Origin: Geosiphon pyriformis uo1
Lineage: Eukaryota; Fungi; Glomeromycota
Direction: 5' to 3'
NCBI GenBank assembly: GCA_016748015.1
Contig: JAAOMT010000009.1
Coordinates: 328,459 to 392,458 of the forward strand
DNA length: 64,000 nucleotides
Part shown: positions 12,811 to 27,829 of the stretch, piece by piece
Layout of the letters: each line of letters begins with the position of its first letter
Position numbering within the stretch: the first letter of the stretch is position 1
Notes under the pieces: model-generated
Database searches by the model: none
Told to the model about the DNA's origin: nothing
Seen by the model: the letters and a program-made list of their open reading frames with translations, nothing else
Position numbers and translations under genes: made by a program

Positions 12811-14470
12811 AAATTATCACACTTGAGAAAATTTTAAAGTTTAATGTCTTTGTAAATGAAAAGAAAAAACTCTTGATAATGATAAAGTTTGGATAAATAA
12901 ATATATGAAAACATGGTATTTGATTTAATAAAAAAGATGGAAATGTATATATATCTTTACTAAATTGAGAAACATTTTTTTTTAAAAAAAAAAATGTCAC
13001 GATTCCACTACATTCTCAAAAACATATATACAGTACCTATTAAAGCATGAAATGAATTAAAATTAATAAGATATTAAAATGGATTAGGTAAATTACACCA
13101 GAAAGATTTCCTAAAAAGACTTTTTTTTTTTGATATGATACACCAATAAATCGCAATCTTTGTCGTTTTAATTATTAAAGTTTTTTTCTACTTTTTTAAG
13201 TTAATTGAAAATTTAAAAGGCGCAATCATTTTTTTTCATTACACATCGTTTTCGACCTCTCATTACATACATAAAAATATATATATATATATAATATAAA
13301 ACCTATCAATGTTTAGATTTCACTGTGATTAAAAGATCCTAATAAATCCTAAAGACCTGCATTTCTTAAAAATATACAAGATGTTATGCAAAGGATAAGG
13401 GGTTGAATTAATTTGAATCAGTTGTTATTTTTCTGGCTAGTGATCTCTTAATGATAAATACAAACACTTTTTTGGAATTACAATTCGGATCGGGAACCAT
13501 TATTTTAAGAGAAGACGACATCAAAATTAAGACGGTCAGAATTAAATATTGTACAACCATCATCACCCACATGATTTAACCTCTTGTTTTCTTGATGTAT
13601 AAAATTATGTGCAGATTGCAAGTTGCTTAAAAAAATATTTTTGATCAAAACTGTGATAGCTCTTGATTGCCCACTAACCAATTTCTATATCTTTAATAGA
13701 AATCTAATGTTACAGTCATAATTTAATGGACTTGCTCTAAAAATTAATTGGTGCAATCGTGTTCATTCTTGTTTTCTAAGAAAAAGTTTTTAAATCTCGT
13801 AATTGATTTTTTTTAGGAAATTTTTCAAAGATAGAAATTAATGATTACACTAGCGTGACATTGTATTTCCCATTTAAGACGAAACTTTTCTTTGGTGCAA
13901 AAAGTTGCAAAAGCCTAGTTCTCAAAATGAATTCAATGTGCTCAAACTTTGAGATATTTTAATTTGTAACCGGTCTTTGGGATTTAAATTTATGAATAAC
14001 TTGAAAAACCGATATCTTCAAAGGTTATCGTATATGCAATTTTTTCTTTCTGGTTTGGCGCGTCATATAGCCTATAGTCTTTCTTACATACTGTGTGTGT
14101 GTGTCTACTTTCAAAGGTTATATAGTAGCTAGCATTTTTCCTTGTCAAATTTACCAAATAATTTTTTCAATCATACAAGTGAGCGTTTAATTTTTAGTAT
14201 TCAAATCTCATCTCATGGACAGACCTGATTCAGAAAATCAATTTTTTGAGTGACTCTTTTAAAATCAAGATTTTTTGTTGAATCTTTTATTTTAGAAAAA
14301 TTAATCATTTCCCAATGTTTCTTTTCAATGAGTAGTTTACTTGGTTGAGTTCTTGTATTAAAATACTTCAAATAGATGTAATAGTCCATAATGAAATTGT
14401 AAAAACTGTCAATTTGATACATCTATTAGGGCCAAAGGTCTTTCCTATTATATAATAATAATAATTATTA

Positions 14471-16133
14471 TTATTGCTGTTGTATAATAAGCTTGGGTTT
14501 CAGCGTTGCTATTTCCTTGAGACAAGTGCCCATTAAGACCCCAAAGTATACTTTACCATCTTTTTTATTTGGGTTGTATATATTACTTGCAGCGCAATTC
14601 TATTTATATATCAAAAAAAATATATATATTTGATAATTTGCGTTTTATTATCATTTAAACCAAAGTGTACTTACACTATTTTCCTTGAAACCATCCTGAC
14701 TTCTACATTGATAGCTTCGATCATTTTCTTCGTCGTACCAATATTCCGTGGGACAATGGGTATAACTCAAAGAAGCGGAAAAATTCATTTTCGGCCAGTC
14801 GATTATCGGATCATCAGGACGAGTAGCACGCAACACTTGTAACTTTTTCATGTGAATGAGTTGATTAATAAATCCAACAAATTTTTGATTACCAATACGG
14901 GGTTGTCCATATGTATACACAACTATTATTTGATCTGGATATTTTGCTAAAAATGCTAAAGCCGCCAGTACTGCAAAAGCTTCAGAATTTGTAAAGAGGA
15001 GTTAGTGAATGGAAATAAAAGTCTTTGAAACAGGGATTGATATTCATTTTACCTCCTCCCAGCCTATGTCCAATAAAACGAACGATTGCATTTACATTGT
15101 TCTTCATAATCTCTTCTACCCTTTCCAAAAACTCTTGCTGCGCAGTAAGCCATGTCCTATACATTGCTGCATTGACCCGTTCTTTTTCCCAATATTTGTA
15201 GATCTTTGAATGAAATTTTCTTTCATCAAGAGATGATGGATACTCTATATACGAGATAGCTCTATTTTTGATATATTCTTTTAAATCTGACTCTCGACCA
15301 CCAAATGCAATGATGATTGCTTGCCAATTCGGATCGTTAGTGACTATGAAAAAACTCTTTGATAAGTAAAATAAATGTTTAAATAGTAATGGAAAAAAAG
15401 AAAAAAGAAAACCTTTTTAATTACCAAAATATTTTAGCGTTACTTGAGATGGCTGGCAATAAGCGGTGTTAGCCATTTTGGCATACATGACCAGATTCTT
15501 AAAAATTCCGTCATTCTTGCTTAGCAAACTGCGATCCTTGTTCTGATCATCAATCGACTCCTTGATATTCTCTATAAGGTTGTATAGGCTTGAAATTTTA
15601 TAATTATCCTCCCTTATTTCAGGGACTTTTCTATCAATTTCTGGCTCAAGATTTTGGTCTGAGATGATTTCATAATTGACGGCTGAAAGAAATCAACATA
15701 AAGCGTAAACAGGTGCAATAATGATTCTCTCTTGAATAAAGTAAGACTCACAGGTCATTAGAGGTGTGGCTTCTGTATAAAGATTATCATTTGAGAGAGT
15801 AGTTTCCGGTAAAATATACGGTGAAGAATCATTTTCAATAATTGGTAGTTGCTCCTCCTGAATCACCGGATTTTGCATGATAACTGCCGAGTCGCTTTCT
15901 TTGATCGAATTCTCGATACTAGGAAATTCTGATGAAGAATCAAAAAATTCATTTCGGTATGATGTGGAAATAGGCTCAAAGGACATATCATTTTGCATTA
16001 TTATATCATTTGTTAATTCTCTTTCTTGGTAAATTCCCAAAACTGGATTTGCCGTAACATTTGATTTTTCTAAAACTAAAATTAAAATATAATAAGCTAA
16101 AAAAATTGACCAAATAAATTTCAAATGCCACAT
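14471..16133 (-). CDS. Secreted Lipase_3-fold protein, predicted inactive (GHRLGG)
   Basis: Signal MWHLKFIWSIFLAYYILIL; spliced motifs YAKMANTAYC, IIIAFGG, FIGHRLGG, YTYGQPRIGN, YTHCPTEYW, YFGVLMGTC; one intron is 15683-15751. Confidence 0.8.
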
Positions 16134-17440
16134 TTGTTTGTAATCATTGTTTTTTGATATATCAATCATTTGAAGAAAATCTTTGCTGAAAATAAAAAAT
16201 TTCGCGTAAAATGTCTGTAAAATGATAGCAAGCATTTTTAATCCCTATAACTAAAAAAAAAACATTGAAACACCAAATTGACAGTTTCGAAAAGAAAATC
16301 TACTAAGCTAATATATAGATATTTTCATCTTCAAAAAGATATGATTTCCTGATCGATAATTTTATTTACGTTTCGAGAAGCACAAATGATGATGATCCAA
16401 GTTTGTTATCATTAAACAAAAAAAGTTCGGCGAAATATCAAACTAAAAATCTTCCACAATTGGTGTGGAAAATCCGAATCAAAACTAAAATGCTTATGTG
16501 CTTTATTAAAAAATAGGTCAACCAGACCTTAAGCTTGAAAATCAGAGTTCATTCTTCTCCTAAATGTTTTTCATTTAGAAATATCCGATTTTTTTTGTTT
16601 ATATATTATTATTTCAAACTGCAAACCAAGAAAAATCCCAGGCTCATACAAAATTTGATGATTTATTCAAATGAGAAAAACATTATCATATTTTTAATTA
16701 AATAAAGTAGTGAGTAAGGGGTGAGGCTTTGAACCAAAAAATTTTAATTGATGAAAGAAGGAAGAAAGAAAGGAAAAAAGGAAGGAAGATGGGAAGATGG
16801 GATTACAATGATGACATTTTTTGCAAAAAAGATAAAGGGGAAATATCTAAAATATAAAACTTTTCTTCCATAGAAATATTTGTTTGTTTGCAAATGACTT
16901 AATTTCGGTCTAAAAATGTGTAACACCCTATTATTTATATCAATCATATCTTTGTTACAATTTGATTTACGAGATATCTTAAAAACCCCTGTTATTCTAA
17001 AAACTGAAACCTCATATTGATAATTTTTTTAAAAAGTTTATTCTAATTTCGGAATTGTTTCCAAAAATATGAGTAATATTGCTGGTGAGTCATATTTTCA
17101 ATTATCTAATTCTGGAATTGCAAAATAATTAGTAATTTTAACAAAAACCTTTTGATTATTTTGAAACCCTTTTCTCTTCTTAAATCATTGATGTTAAGGG
17201 CCTTCTTTTACAAAAGAAGTCTTTTGCTGATGAAATTTATTCGTTTCCAAGTATTTCAAAACACTTCATCCATAATTCTCTTTTTGAAAATTAGATTCTA
17301 TATTTCAAATTCCAATGGCTTATTAACTTCTTTCTAATGGCACACTCAAAATCAGTTAGGTTTTCACCTGAATTTTTCTTAAAGTTGCCAAAAACTGTTT
17401 TTCTTTATTGTTGAAAAAAATAAAAAAGCTTCTTTAAATA

Positions 17441-18115
17441 TAATCCAGGAGATTTTTTATTAAAGACACCTTACTACAAACATTATAATATCCTCCATAT
17501 AAAACTAATATGAAGTTTAGCCTCCTTCTGGGTTTATACGCTACGAGTACTATCCCAATAAAGATCTTTTAAGGCAGTTTTTTTTGCCACCATTCCTTCA
17601 CTTTTTTCTCAAATTATGCTTCGAAACAGCCCAACTATCCTCAATGGAAATATGGTCTGGGCTATATGATGGACATGGGAGAACACAAAGAAAATCTTGC
17701 TTGCAGGTCATACTACACATTATTAATGGAGGTGAGGGACATATCTGAGCAGAATGACAATGTAGCCAAGCCTTGAGAGCTTGTTCCGGACAGTTTATTT
17801 GCCAACTTCGAACCCTGCCGTTTTTGCAAAGCAGGGCGAAATAGCGTTGACAGGAGCAAAGGTTAATTTGGCGATTTCGGCTGCATTGCGATGATTATTG
17901 CGTCAAAAGTAATTAAAGACTTCACGGTTCAATTTTACGGGGGTTAGAGTGCATTAGGTAGGTGAAAAAATAAGTGACGGCAGGAAGAAATGAGAGTTAA
18001 GTGACATCAGGGGTAACCCAAAATAACATTTAGACGTCAGCCTTTTCTGCAAGAAGATTGGTAAGGTGACAAATTTTGCTAATGGCGTTGCCGCCATTAC
18101 TTTCGGTCAGGACTT
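17441..18115 (-). mobile_element. Internally deleted Tc1/IS630 element, same family as 810-1903 (copy B)
   Basis: Collinear similarity: 17581 TTTTTGCCACCATTCCTTCACTTTTTTCTCAAA vs 1033, and 17846-18115 vs 1692-1903. Right end ATTACTTTCGGTCAGGACTT-TA is nearly the reverse complement of copy A's left TIR. Confidence 0.8.
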
Positions 18116-18582
18116 TAGCATATTTTCCTTCCGTCATATTGCAACCTTGGAAATAGAAAAAAGTGGTCAGCGGTTATGAGCTTCCGGGAGGATATATGCA
18201 ATATCCCCTTGCAAACTTTTTCTCAAGTGAATTTCCCTGAGAAAAATTTCACTGATCATCTCGTAACATAATTGGATAAAAGCAAGTCATCATATGTGCA
18301 AAGATGCAGTAAATTAAATACGACATATTAATTCTTTTGAACGCAAAAGAAAACATAAACATTACCCTACTTTTTTGGTTGCAATACATGGATGCATGCA
18401 TGCAAAATTGTTAATTTTACTCACATATTATTAAAAGGTGGTAGTTCAACAGGGGATTCTGGTTGTATAAACTTGGTCAAAGCGTCTTGAGTGAATGTTA
18501 AAGGTTAGGCTTATGAGCTGTCACTATTTTATCTTTGAAGGATCTTAGGAATTATTTTCGAGATAAAGAAAAATAAATTATA

Positions 18583-20405
18583 ATGGAAATAATAAAAACA
18601 ATACGTATTTATATACATAAAAGAATAAAAATTATCATTTTACTTTTTTTTTTCCTATCAACAACCATTTTAGCTCAAAAACAATCAGAAACCTCATCTT
18701 CTATATCTCAAAAACAAGTACAACTATCAGGTCGTTTCGGCCATTGTTCATTTACCTATAAATCAAGATTCTACGTTTTTGGTGGCTGGGACAACAAAAC
18801 AGAAAATGACGGCTTAAGCACTACCCCATTTTTTTATTTCACACCTCTTCCTCTGACCACGAAACTTCCAATTTCATGGACATTTCTCAACACCGAAAAT
18901 GCAACAAGTGTTGGGGCTGCTGCTTGTGTGGTGACACCATCAGGTTACTTTTTAGCTCTGGGAGGAATGATTTCACAAAGCTCAGGGGATGAAAAAGTGT
19001 CAACACAAATATTTGATTTGAATCGTGAAATTTGGATCGATTGGAGAAACCTTTTGGTATCTGCGTATCCTGGTTTTGGGTTAAATCCGAAAGCGACATT
19101 GATTTCGAAAAATTTTGTGATGGTTTTTGCCGGGAACACTGGGATCAACGAAGAACGAAAAAGAACACCGATTCAAATTATTTACTTCCTGAATATGAAG
19201 AGTGTCCCGTGGACATGGTCTGAGACTCGTAAAAATGTTGGTGAAATATTTATAATGAAGGAGTCAAGTCGAATTTTTAATAATTTTACCTAAAATTTGA
19301 ACTACTCATTAGGAAACGATAGATGCACCAATCAGCCGTATTTTCGCTTCAGCAAAAGGAAACACTTTTAGTTTTGGTGGCTATTTCACAAGTGAATCAA
19401 TTAGTACAAACATCACCGGTAACAATTATTCAAATAAAACTTTTATAACAAACCTGAAGAATTATTTTGTTTCACCCGACATTACACTTCCTTATGGTAT
19501 ACGAGAAGGAGCAGTTGGAGTTTGGAATTCGACAATGTTTTTGATTGGTTTTAGCGGATTTTCCGGAACTCCGAGTGTTAATGTATTCCCTTTGAATCTG
19601 GAGACGATGAAGTGGGACAAGAATATTTCATTTCCGATGATACAAAGTCGCTCAATTTCTTCTTTTGCACAGGTTGATGGATCCGATGGCATTTTGGTTA
19701 GTAATTCTCTGATAAACTTTTTTGCGAAGCTGGCACATTTTAAAACTCATTATATTTAATTGCTGAATAAAGATATATGGTGGATGCCCACTGATTAATA
19801 CAATATCACAATGCGGAACTCCTTTTTCAAGCATCGCGGTCTTTAATATGTCAACATTAACATGGTCAACAGAATATAATCTTCCGTTGGATCAGGTGAC
19901 TTCTTTGAAAGATTTCAAAATCCCCTTGATCAATGGATTTGATATGAACATAGTGGAGGAAAACGAAACAATTCACCCGAACCTAAATTCCACACAACAA
20001 TCCGCCTCTGACAATCCGGGTGACTATAAGATGTCAAGAGGAGTTGTGGCAGTCATCTCATCTTTAATAACTCTAATAATATGTGTAGGAATATTCTTTT
20101 TATGGTATTATTTACAATCACGAACATCAGTACCGAATTTCGAAGTGCCCGCACTAGCTTATACCAAAAATAGAAGTAAACGAGCACCAGGCTCCCTCAG
20201 AGGTCAAACTCCAAGTTTAGAAGAATTGACCCCCACAAATAATAGGGATTTTTTAGGGGATGGGCTTTCTAAAAAGTTGGGTATAGACAAGAGCTTGGGA
20301 TTGAGCAATAAAAGACCACACAGCGAGATTATGGCCGGGTATCAGGATTGGGGAAGGGGTTTGGTATCTTCTAATCGCCAAGCTACCTATGACATCATTA
20401 TTTAA
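18583..20405 (+). CDS. Kelch/beta-propeller single-pass membrane protein
   Basis: Signal peptide; Kelch motifs GRFGH..FYVFGG, ALGG, FSFGG, IYGG; TM VVAVISSLITLIICVGIFFLWYY; two introns (~19241-19311, ~19697-19771). Confidence 0.8.
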
Positions 20406-21843
20406 AATTTCTATGCAAAAGTTTTAATAGCTGCTGAAAAATAGTTAAAGTCAAAAACAACGAGAAAAAATATATTAACTTTCCAAATGGCTGAGACAGT
20501 GTTTGTAACAAAATTCAATATAAATTCTTATTCTAAAATCTTCAAAATCATATATATATATACAAAGACAAAAAAGATTAGAGACAATTAAATTTTAAGC
20601 CTATAGACAATATTCTAGAAATTCGAGTCTTAAAATTATAAAACTGAGAATCCGTCAACCAAAGAAGCTACCAACATAAATGATAAATATAGCTTGTTTT
20701 TCAATTTTTAATTTATAGGATCTTTTACGTGAATACTTTTGACTTGGAATGAAACTCCATGTTTTAGCTGAAGTAAGTTTAAGAAAGTATTCCAAACTAT
20801 ACAAAAAAAAGATTTTTGAATGCTAAATAATTATTTTTAGAAATCTCAGGTAATATCTGATAAAGTTTTCTTAAACGTTACTCTTTGGTTATCATATAAT
20901 TTTTTGAAATTTTTATATTAAAATCAACTTTAAGTTTTTTTGAAACGTCTGGGCATGACAATTAAAAGAAACTTACTTACTTTTTCAAAATCATCTAGAA
21001 AAGTCCCAAGGTTAGCCATATTTTAGTTATCAAGAATGGATCTTGTTTGGAACAAAATCTTGAATTTCAAAGCTTTCTTGCCAATAAAAAATGCAAGTTT
21101 TAATTAAAGAAATTGGAAGCCACATTTTAAATATTTTTATTATGAATATTATTCGGAAGTGATGAGGGTAAAATTTTTCAAAGCTAAAATAAAGCAATCT
21201 GGATTAATGTATGACTAATAAAACAGTGGACTATTATTTCAAAAGTATTATTTTAATTCAAGAATTTTCAAGTCTCGCAGCCTTTTAATCGTTTCACCAA
21301 AATATTTCCAATAAATTCTTTGGGGAATAATACTTTTTTTTTTAGCGTAAATTTCTTCCTTTCCTACTTAGGTAAATTATCGCTTAAAAGACACCTTCAA
21401 ACAAACGCCAAAAAAGGGTTTAAAAATAGAAATCTTTGGAAGATCTTCCAAAAAAATACATGAATTTGAAAAAGGCCTGTCAGTATTGATTGCTGGATTT
21501 TATTGACTAAGCCTCCACTGATCAATTTTAAATTGTTTACGATTAAAAAGCCTGATATATTTGTTTGTAGATATGGAAGCCGGACTAACACTTTTCAGTC
21601 AAAAATGGTTTTACATAATGAAAAGTGGCTAACTACATCAAAGCCAAAAATAGTTCTGAAATTATTCCACGACGATTGCGGTCATACTGAACGGATAATC
21701 ACATACACACACATATATATATATATTAATATATATTCAAGTTACAACGCGTTCTTTTGTAGTTTACAAGCTGAAAAAAGTATTGAAAGAAAGAAACCTT
21801 TCATCACATAAAAAATCATATTTACCCAAGATTTATTATAAAG

Positions 21844-23318
21844 ATGTCACTAAATTTCGTCTCTTTTTCCTTAATACCGAGAAAGTCAAATAACCTATTT
21901 TTTTTTCTTTTTTTCTCAACTTATTTTGCTTTATCATTCACTTATTCTACAATTGAAGCAGCTCCTTTCAAAGGATTAGATCTTAATTCTTTAAAAAATT
22001 TTGACTATAAGACATTTGATATTTTCGATTTATCAAAAGACGATGAAAAATACGATTGTAAAAATCGATCTGATAATGAAAATAATCAAGAAAATACAAA
22101 TTCATGTATAATAAGCGAGAATAACAGTAATAATGGTCCCGACCCAGCTGACGATGATGATGCTTCCGAAATATTTTATAATGATTTAGAAGCGCCAATA
22201 TTAGTCACAACAGAAAAGCTTTTGGGAAATCTTACTAAGTTTGCGCATTATGCTCATGCGGCTTATTGTCATGTTGATAAAGTTTCCAATTGGCAATGTG
22301 GAGAAGCATGTGATTCGACACCAGGAACAAAATTGGTTGCAATTATTAATAATCGTCTTAATACTCGAGGTAAGTCATCATTAATCAAATATTTAACAAT
22401 TAGAGTATTTAATACGGAAGAAGAAAATAAAATAAAATAAAATAAATTTTAAAACTTTTATGACAACAAACTCAGCCTATATAGCTGTAAACGACCAAGA
22501 AGAACGCATAATTGTCAGCTACCGTGGGACAGTCCGTACTGATATAATAAATGTTTGGATTGACTTGAAAGTTATACCTGTTAAATACCCTGGCGTGATA
22601 AATGCTAAGGTTCACTCTGGATTTCTCGAGGGACATGAATTAATGAAAGATGATGTTACAAAACATGTTCAAGACCTATTGAACGCGAATCCAACATATA
22701 CGGTTAGTATTACTGGTCATAGTTTGGGTGGTGGTAAGTTTCAATATACTTTCTCATGTTTTTGGTTTTGTTCTTTTTTATCATTAAATTCATAAAAATA
22801 TTTTTTATTTAAAATGAATCGCAGCCTTTTCAGTTATATCAGCGCTCCACCTTAGGAAGCAAATCACTTCCCTAATCCCAAACAAAAACTTATTCGTATA
22901 CACTTATGGTCAACCAAGAGTCGGAAACGACGCATTTGCTAAATACGTAGATTCCCAAATTTCAATATACCGAATTTCACATACCATTGATAAGATACCA
23001 CATTATCCGCCTCGCTGGTTCGGATATCAACATACGCCAGGTGAGCTTTGGATAAAACATGATGCGGCAGCGATCACCAATGGTACCTTATACTGTCCGG
23101 GAATTGAGAATGAGGTAAATGTTGGAACTCGAAAATACAAATTAAGGAATATAAATATTTAAGCTTTTTAACTTTGAGATATTGATTGAGTTACTAATCT
23201 AATATTGGTTTCTTCTTTTTTTTTATCAAAGCATTGCTCAGACTCAATCAAACGAGTCGATCAAAATGTTAATGCACATACAGGTCCTTATTTTGGGGTG
23301 GTAATGAACGATTGTTAG
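21844..23318 (+). CDS. Secreted class 3 lipase with intact triad
   Basis: YAHAAYC, IIVSYRGT, VHSGF, GHSLGG, YTYGQPRVGN, HTIDKIPH, AHTGPYFG; three GT-AG introns. Confidence 0.9.
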
Positions 23319-25072
23319 AAATGAAAGAAGCTAAATTTAATATTTTTTACTTTATTCAAAAATCTTATTTGATCAAAACTTTGTTTTTATTAAATAAACA
23401 AATTTCATGATCAGAAGCTTAATTTGAAATAAAAAAAAATACAAATAATAGGATTCATAAATGGCTTTCATGAATAAAAATAATTTTTTCACTTAATCAA
23501 TGTATTCTTAAACTTTTAAATATTTGTGATAGATTATGAAATAGGAGAAATAAAGACATAATTTGAATTGAATAATTTACCTTCTTAAAAATAATCATCA
23601 TTTTTCAATTTAGGATAAATAAGGTATTTTCTTTTCTTACTTTTCATGCTTCAGACAATAAAATAGCCCCAATTTGATTTAAGTTTTTTAACCAAAGAAA
23701 TTGAAGAAAAAACTTACATTATGAATATATGTGACTATTATATCTTTCGATAGATGAATAATATTAAAAAAAATTCAAAGTAACAATTTTTAATAAATAC
23801 ATTATTCTCGTGCTTTAAGACCAGTTTCAATTGTTATCTGGAATAATGATGCGAGAGGAACAGATAACATCTAATCTTTTTGTATTACTTGTTGAAACGT
23901 CAAATAAATCTATCATTTTATTAATCTTTTTGAAACTAACTCTCTAAAAGAGTTTTTTCGGATTATAGTTTGTGAAATTGGAAGTTGCTTTTATTTTGAT
24001 TCAAAATCAAAGATTGTAAATTCAATTTTTTGAAGTTGAAATTTAAAAAGTTTTATTTGTACAAAAAATTTATTGATAACAAAAAAGAACTTGCTAAACT
24101 TTCAATTCCATACAACAACTTTTACTTTTTGGTATAATAATACCCTTTTCCAATCTTTGGGTATCCCTTTTTTCATTTCAATTGATTAAATTATTTTTCT
24201 GGTGACAAAACAGGAACATCCTTTTTCACCATTTAATTTTTTGGCTGAAAAAGTTAAAAAGAATCAAATTACCAAAAATTTACTTAAAAATGGAATCTTT
24301 AAAAGAAGTTCATAATGAATTTTTTCGTAAAAATAGCTTAACTCAAATTTGTCTTTGTTGTTACCTCTATTTTAAGAATTTCTCATATTAATTTTAATGG
24401 GGCTTTTATGGATACGCGATCCCCTTTTAATTTGGGATATAAAATTTAATTCACCTTTTCAAATTATTGGAATATTTTAAAACTTAAAAAAATAGCTATA
24501 ATTGCTAAAAGGTATGTTTTCTAATAACTACTAGTAAATACAGACATACTGTATCTTTGGTGTAAATTGATCTTTCGGCCAAAAAAAAACCTTGATTAAA
24601 ACATTGAAAGTTTAAAGGATCAATAAACATGCCTTTCTTATCTTAGTACTCTGCAATCAGGGAAAATCTATGGTGTTATTTAATACCTAATGTCAGCTTT
24701 TCCAAAGGATATTCTCATATCAAGGATAGCGATATCACAATTATTATTTTAATTTCATAATTTCCCTCATTTTTTATTAACTATCCCATGATGAGCTAAT
24801 GTTTTGCTAATCAAACCTTGCCGTAAATTGTTTTTTGGTTTCATCAATCTTGTAATAGCAAAAGCTCCTAAGGTGTTTCACATGTAATATGTTTATTGCT
24901 GTACCACTAAATTCCCGGAACTTTTATCTTTTCATATACTCATCTGGGTTCGGTTCTTGTATCAAGATCTTCGGAATTTCTTTATTATTGTTTCATATTC
25001 AAAGTTTTCAAAATTTCCTCCAAAGAAATTAATAGATCTTGACATTTTAATGGTCAAATCTTGTTACACATA

Positions 25073-25906
25073 TTATGATACAATGACTGTGACAGCTTTA
25101 TTGACCCATTGATCATCTTCAATGACCGTCTCCAATGCAAAATGGGCAACATCAGACCTTGAGATGGAGCCCCAATTAAACTTTCCCAATTGTAAATTTT
25201 CACCAGCACGATATTTCTTAGTACAAGGATTATCAGTTAACCCTGGTGGTCGAATTATCTTTAATGTCAAAAACAAAAGATTTAAAGTTATAACCCAATC
25301 ATTGAAGTAATTGCTTATGCAAATGAAAATCCTAAAACTTACCGTATATTCAACTTCAGACTTCTCACCATATTCATACACCAACCTCTCAGCCATCTCT
25401 TTATCTTCAAAAATGTTATAAAAAAACCAATAGATCACGAACCTCATTAGCCAGGGAGCATCATACCTACTGCTACCAACAATAAAAGACGAAACTATAA
25501 CAAAACGTTTAATTTGTCCAGCAGGTAAACCCACCATTGCTTCATTTAACACTTTTTGTGCATTATAACTGATAAAATCTTTTTTTGCAGATTTAATTGT
25601 AGTTGCACCAATTGAGGTGAATACGATAGAAGCTGTGCTAAGCGTTTCGGAAACTGCTGCTGGAGAAGTAATCGCGTCTCCGATGATTATTGTTAGGTTT
25701 TCGTGTGGATTTAGAGGTGGAGATTTACTATTCGGTCTGATCAATGCACGAATTTTGTGGCCATGTGCTAGAGCCTGTTCAATGAAGTGCCTGCCAACGC
25801 TACGATTGCCACCGAATACTTTTAAATAAAATACCCTTAGAATCAAATGAATTCAAACCTGCAAAAAGGGATTTAGTCGCAGCTTACCTGCGATTGTTTT
25901 ACTCAT
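25073..25906 (-). CDS. NAD(P)H-binding atypical SDR (flavin reductase/BLVRB-like)
   Basis: Spliced MSKTIA|VFGGNRSVG Rossmann start; ALIR, IIGD, DKEMAE, T|IIRPPGLTD, ISRSDVAHF; two introns. Confidence 0.85.
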
Positions 25907-27829
25907 GATGGAAGTTTGAAAAAAAGGTGCAAAACTTAATTCCTATTTTCAAGTTTAAATGTATATATATTTAAGAAATTAATGAGTGATACGTTACCTT
26001 TTACTATGATCAAGATAACAATGTTTATGATGTGATGAATAACTCAACAAATTATTATTGTGATGATGCCCATTGCGTAATTAATTAACTCGTGTATCGA
26101 CAGCATAAATGTAAAAATTGGTCAATCATGGCGATTTTGGAATACATAGGATCAAAGCAAGAACTGTTTGTTGATATTATGAATGATGTAGAAGACGACA
26201 ATTTTATTGTGCTCCGAAAGTACAAAGAAAAAGAAAACATCAAGTGTCAAAGTGTTGCGGTTTAAAAATAAGCTGCGATGAAAAACGTTTAGAATGAAAC
26301 CACCTTCGTCATTTAAGGTTGAAGATTTGAAGGTGACTTCAAAAGTGAAGATATGAAATACTTTTACTAATAATTATTGTAGGATTTACATGCCTACAAG
26401 AGTCTTGTTAATCAATTGAAAGAAAAGGCTCCAGACAAAGAAACCAAGATTGATCGTTATTAGTTCATACACGTTCAAGAAGTTTTATGATTACTTGTAG
26501 CTTAATACTTTGAGGAGGAATTCAAAGCCTCTCATCAGCTCTAGTAGCAAATTTAAGCAAGAAACCGACTGAAAAGTCTCTTATTAGTCAAAAGTGTGAT
26601 TTCAGTTACAGCTGATGGATTAGAGGTGATAGTTGGGAGGTTTGCCTGAAGCAAGTAAAGCAAAAAAAATGGAATGATAAGGTTGAACCTGGTGGTTGCT
26701 ATGCATAATGTTCTGTTGAAGGAAGCGATTGAAAGCATTGTGTTAATTGTGATGATTTTAAGAGAATATATGGTAAAACTTAATAAAAAAACGCCTACAT
26801 TGATTAATTTGAAAATGCATATTACTAAGCATCAAACTTGAGCTTATCTATTGGGGCTTACATCTTATATGCAACGAAACCAGACAAAGTGAATATATGA
26901 CGTCTCGACTATTTCTTCCGATTGAGCAACATCCTTTTTCTCAAAACTAAAAATACTATCATTGTCGTCACGGTCATCGTTACTAACATAGTGGGGAGCT
27001 TTTCTCTCTTGCTAATTCCTGCTTAGCTATTTCCAACTCCTTTCATAACTGCACAGGGTGAGTTAATTTGATTTGAGTTGATTGATGGATTTCAGCTACT
27101 TTCTCTTTAAACTTAGCGAAATCGGTAAAAGATCAATGCAAGGTTTGATCTTTTCAGAATTCCAAGATTAGCTCTTCTCAGGAGTTGTTGGTGAAGGTAA
27201 GGTCAGCATATTTCTTGTAGGGAATTATTATTGCTTTCCTTGAATGCTGGTCAATAAGTTTCCAAACCTTGTATTACAAGGTCTGCAAAGTCTTTGATCT
27301 CTTCTTTTTTGGAAATACCAAAGCTTCCTCTGAAAGAACCTTTGCTCGAAGTATCCTTAACTTTCACCTTAGTATAATGAGGATGCTCCAAATTAAGCGA
27401 TTAGCCAAATCAGCTTTAATGTAGATTTTAGGTCAGCCAGGGCTAACAGTTTGGGAATGCGCATAAATCGGTGGCCTTCAACTATAATTACTTTTGAGGC
27501 TTTGATGTTTCTTTCGTTATTCACTTGAGTAAATTAGAATATTCTACTTGGATACTTGACATCTTCTTTCCAAATATATATTTCACACCCAGGTCTTTGG
27601 TATTGTGACTGGCAAGCAATTCTTTTAATTAGTGAGAAATAAATCTTTTTTTTATCTTTTTCTCTTATCTGAGAGAAAAAAGTTCTTGGTTCCTCTTCAA
27701 AATAAGGAAATCAATTAATTAAAATGTTAGAAATGCTCTTTTTTAGCATATTTTTGTATCTTTGTCATTATATTCCCTTTTCCAAAAGTATTGGGTCTGA
27801 AGAAGAGAGTCATTATTGGTATAATAATA

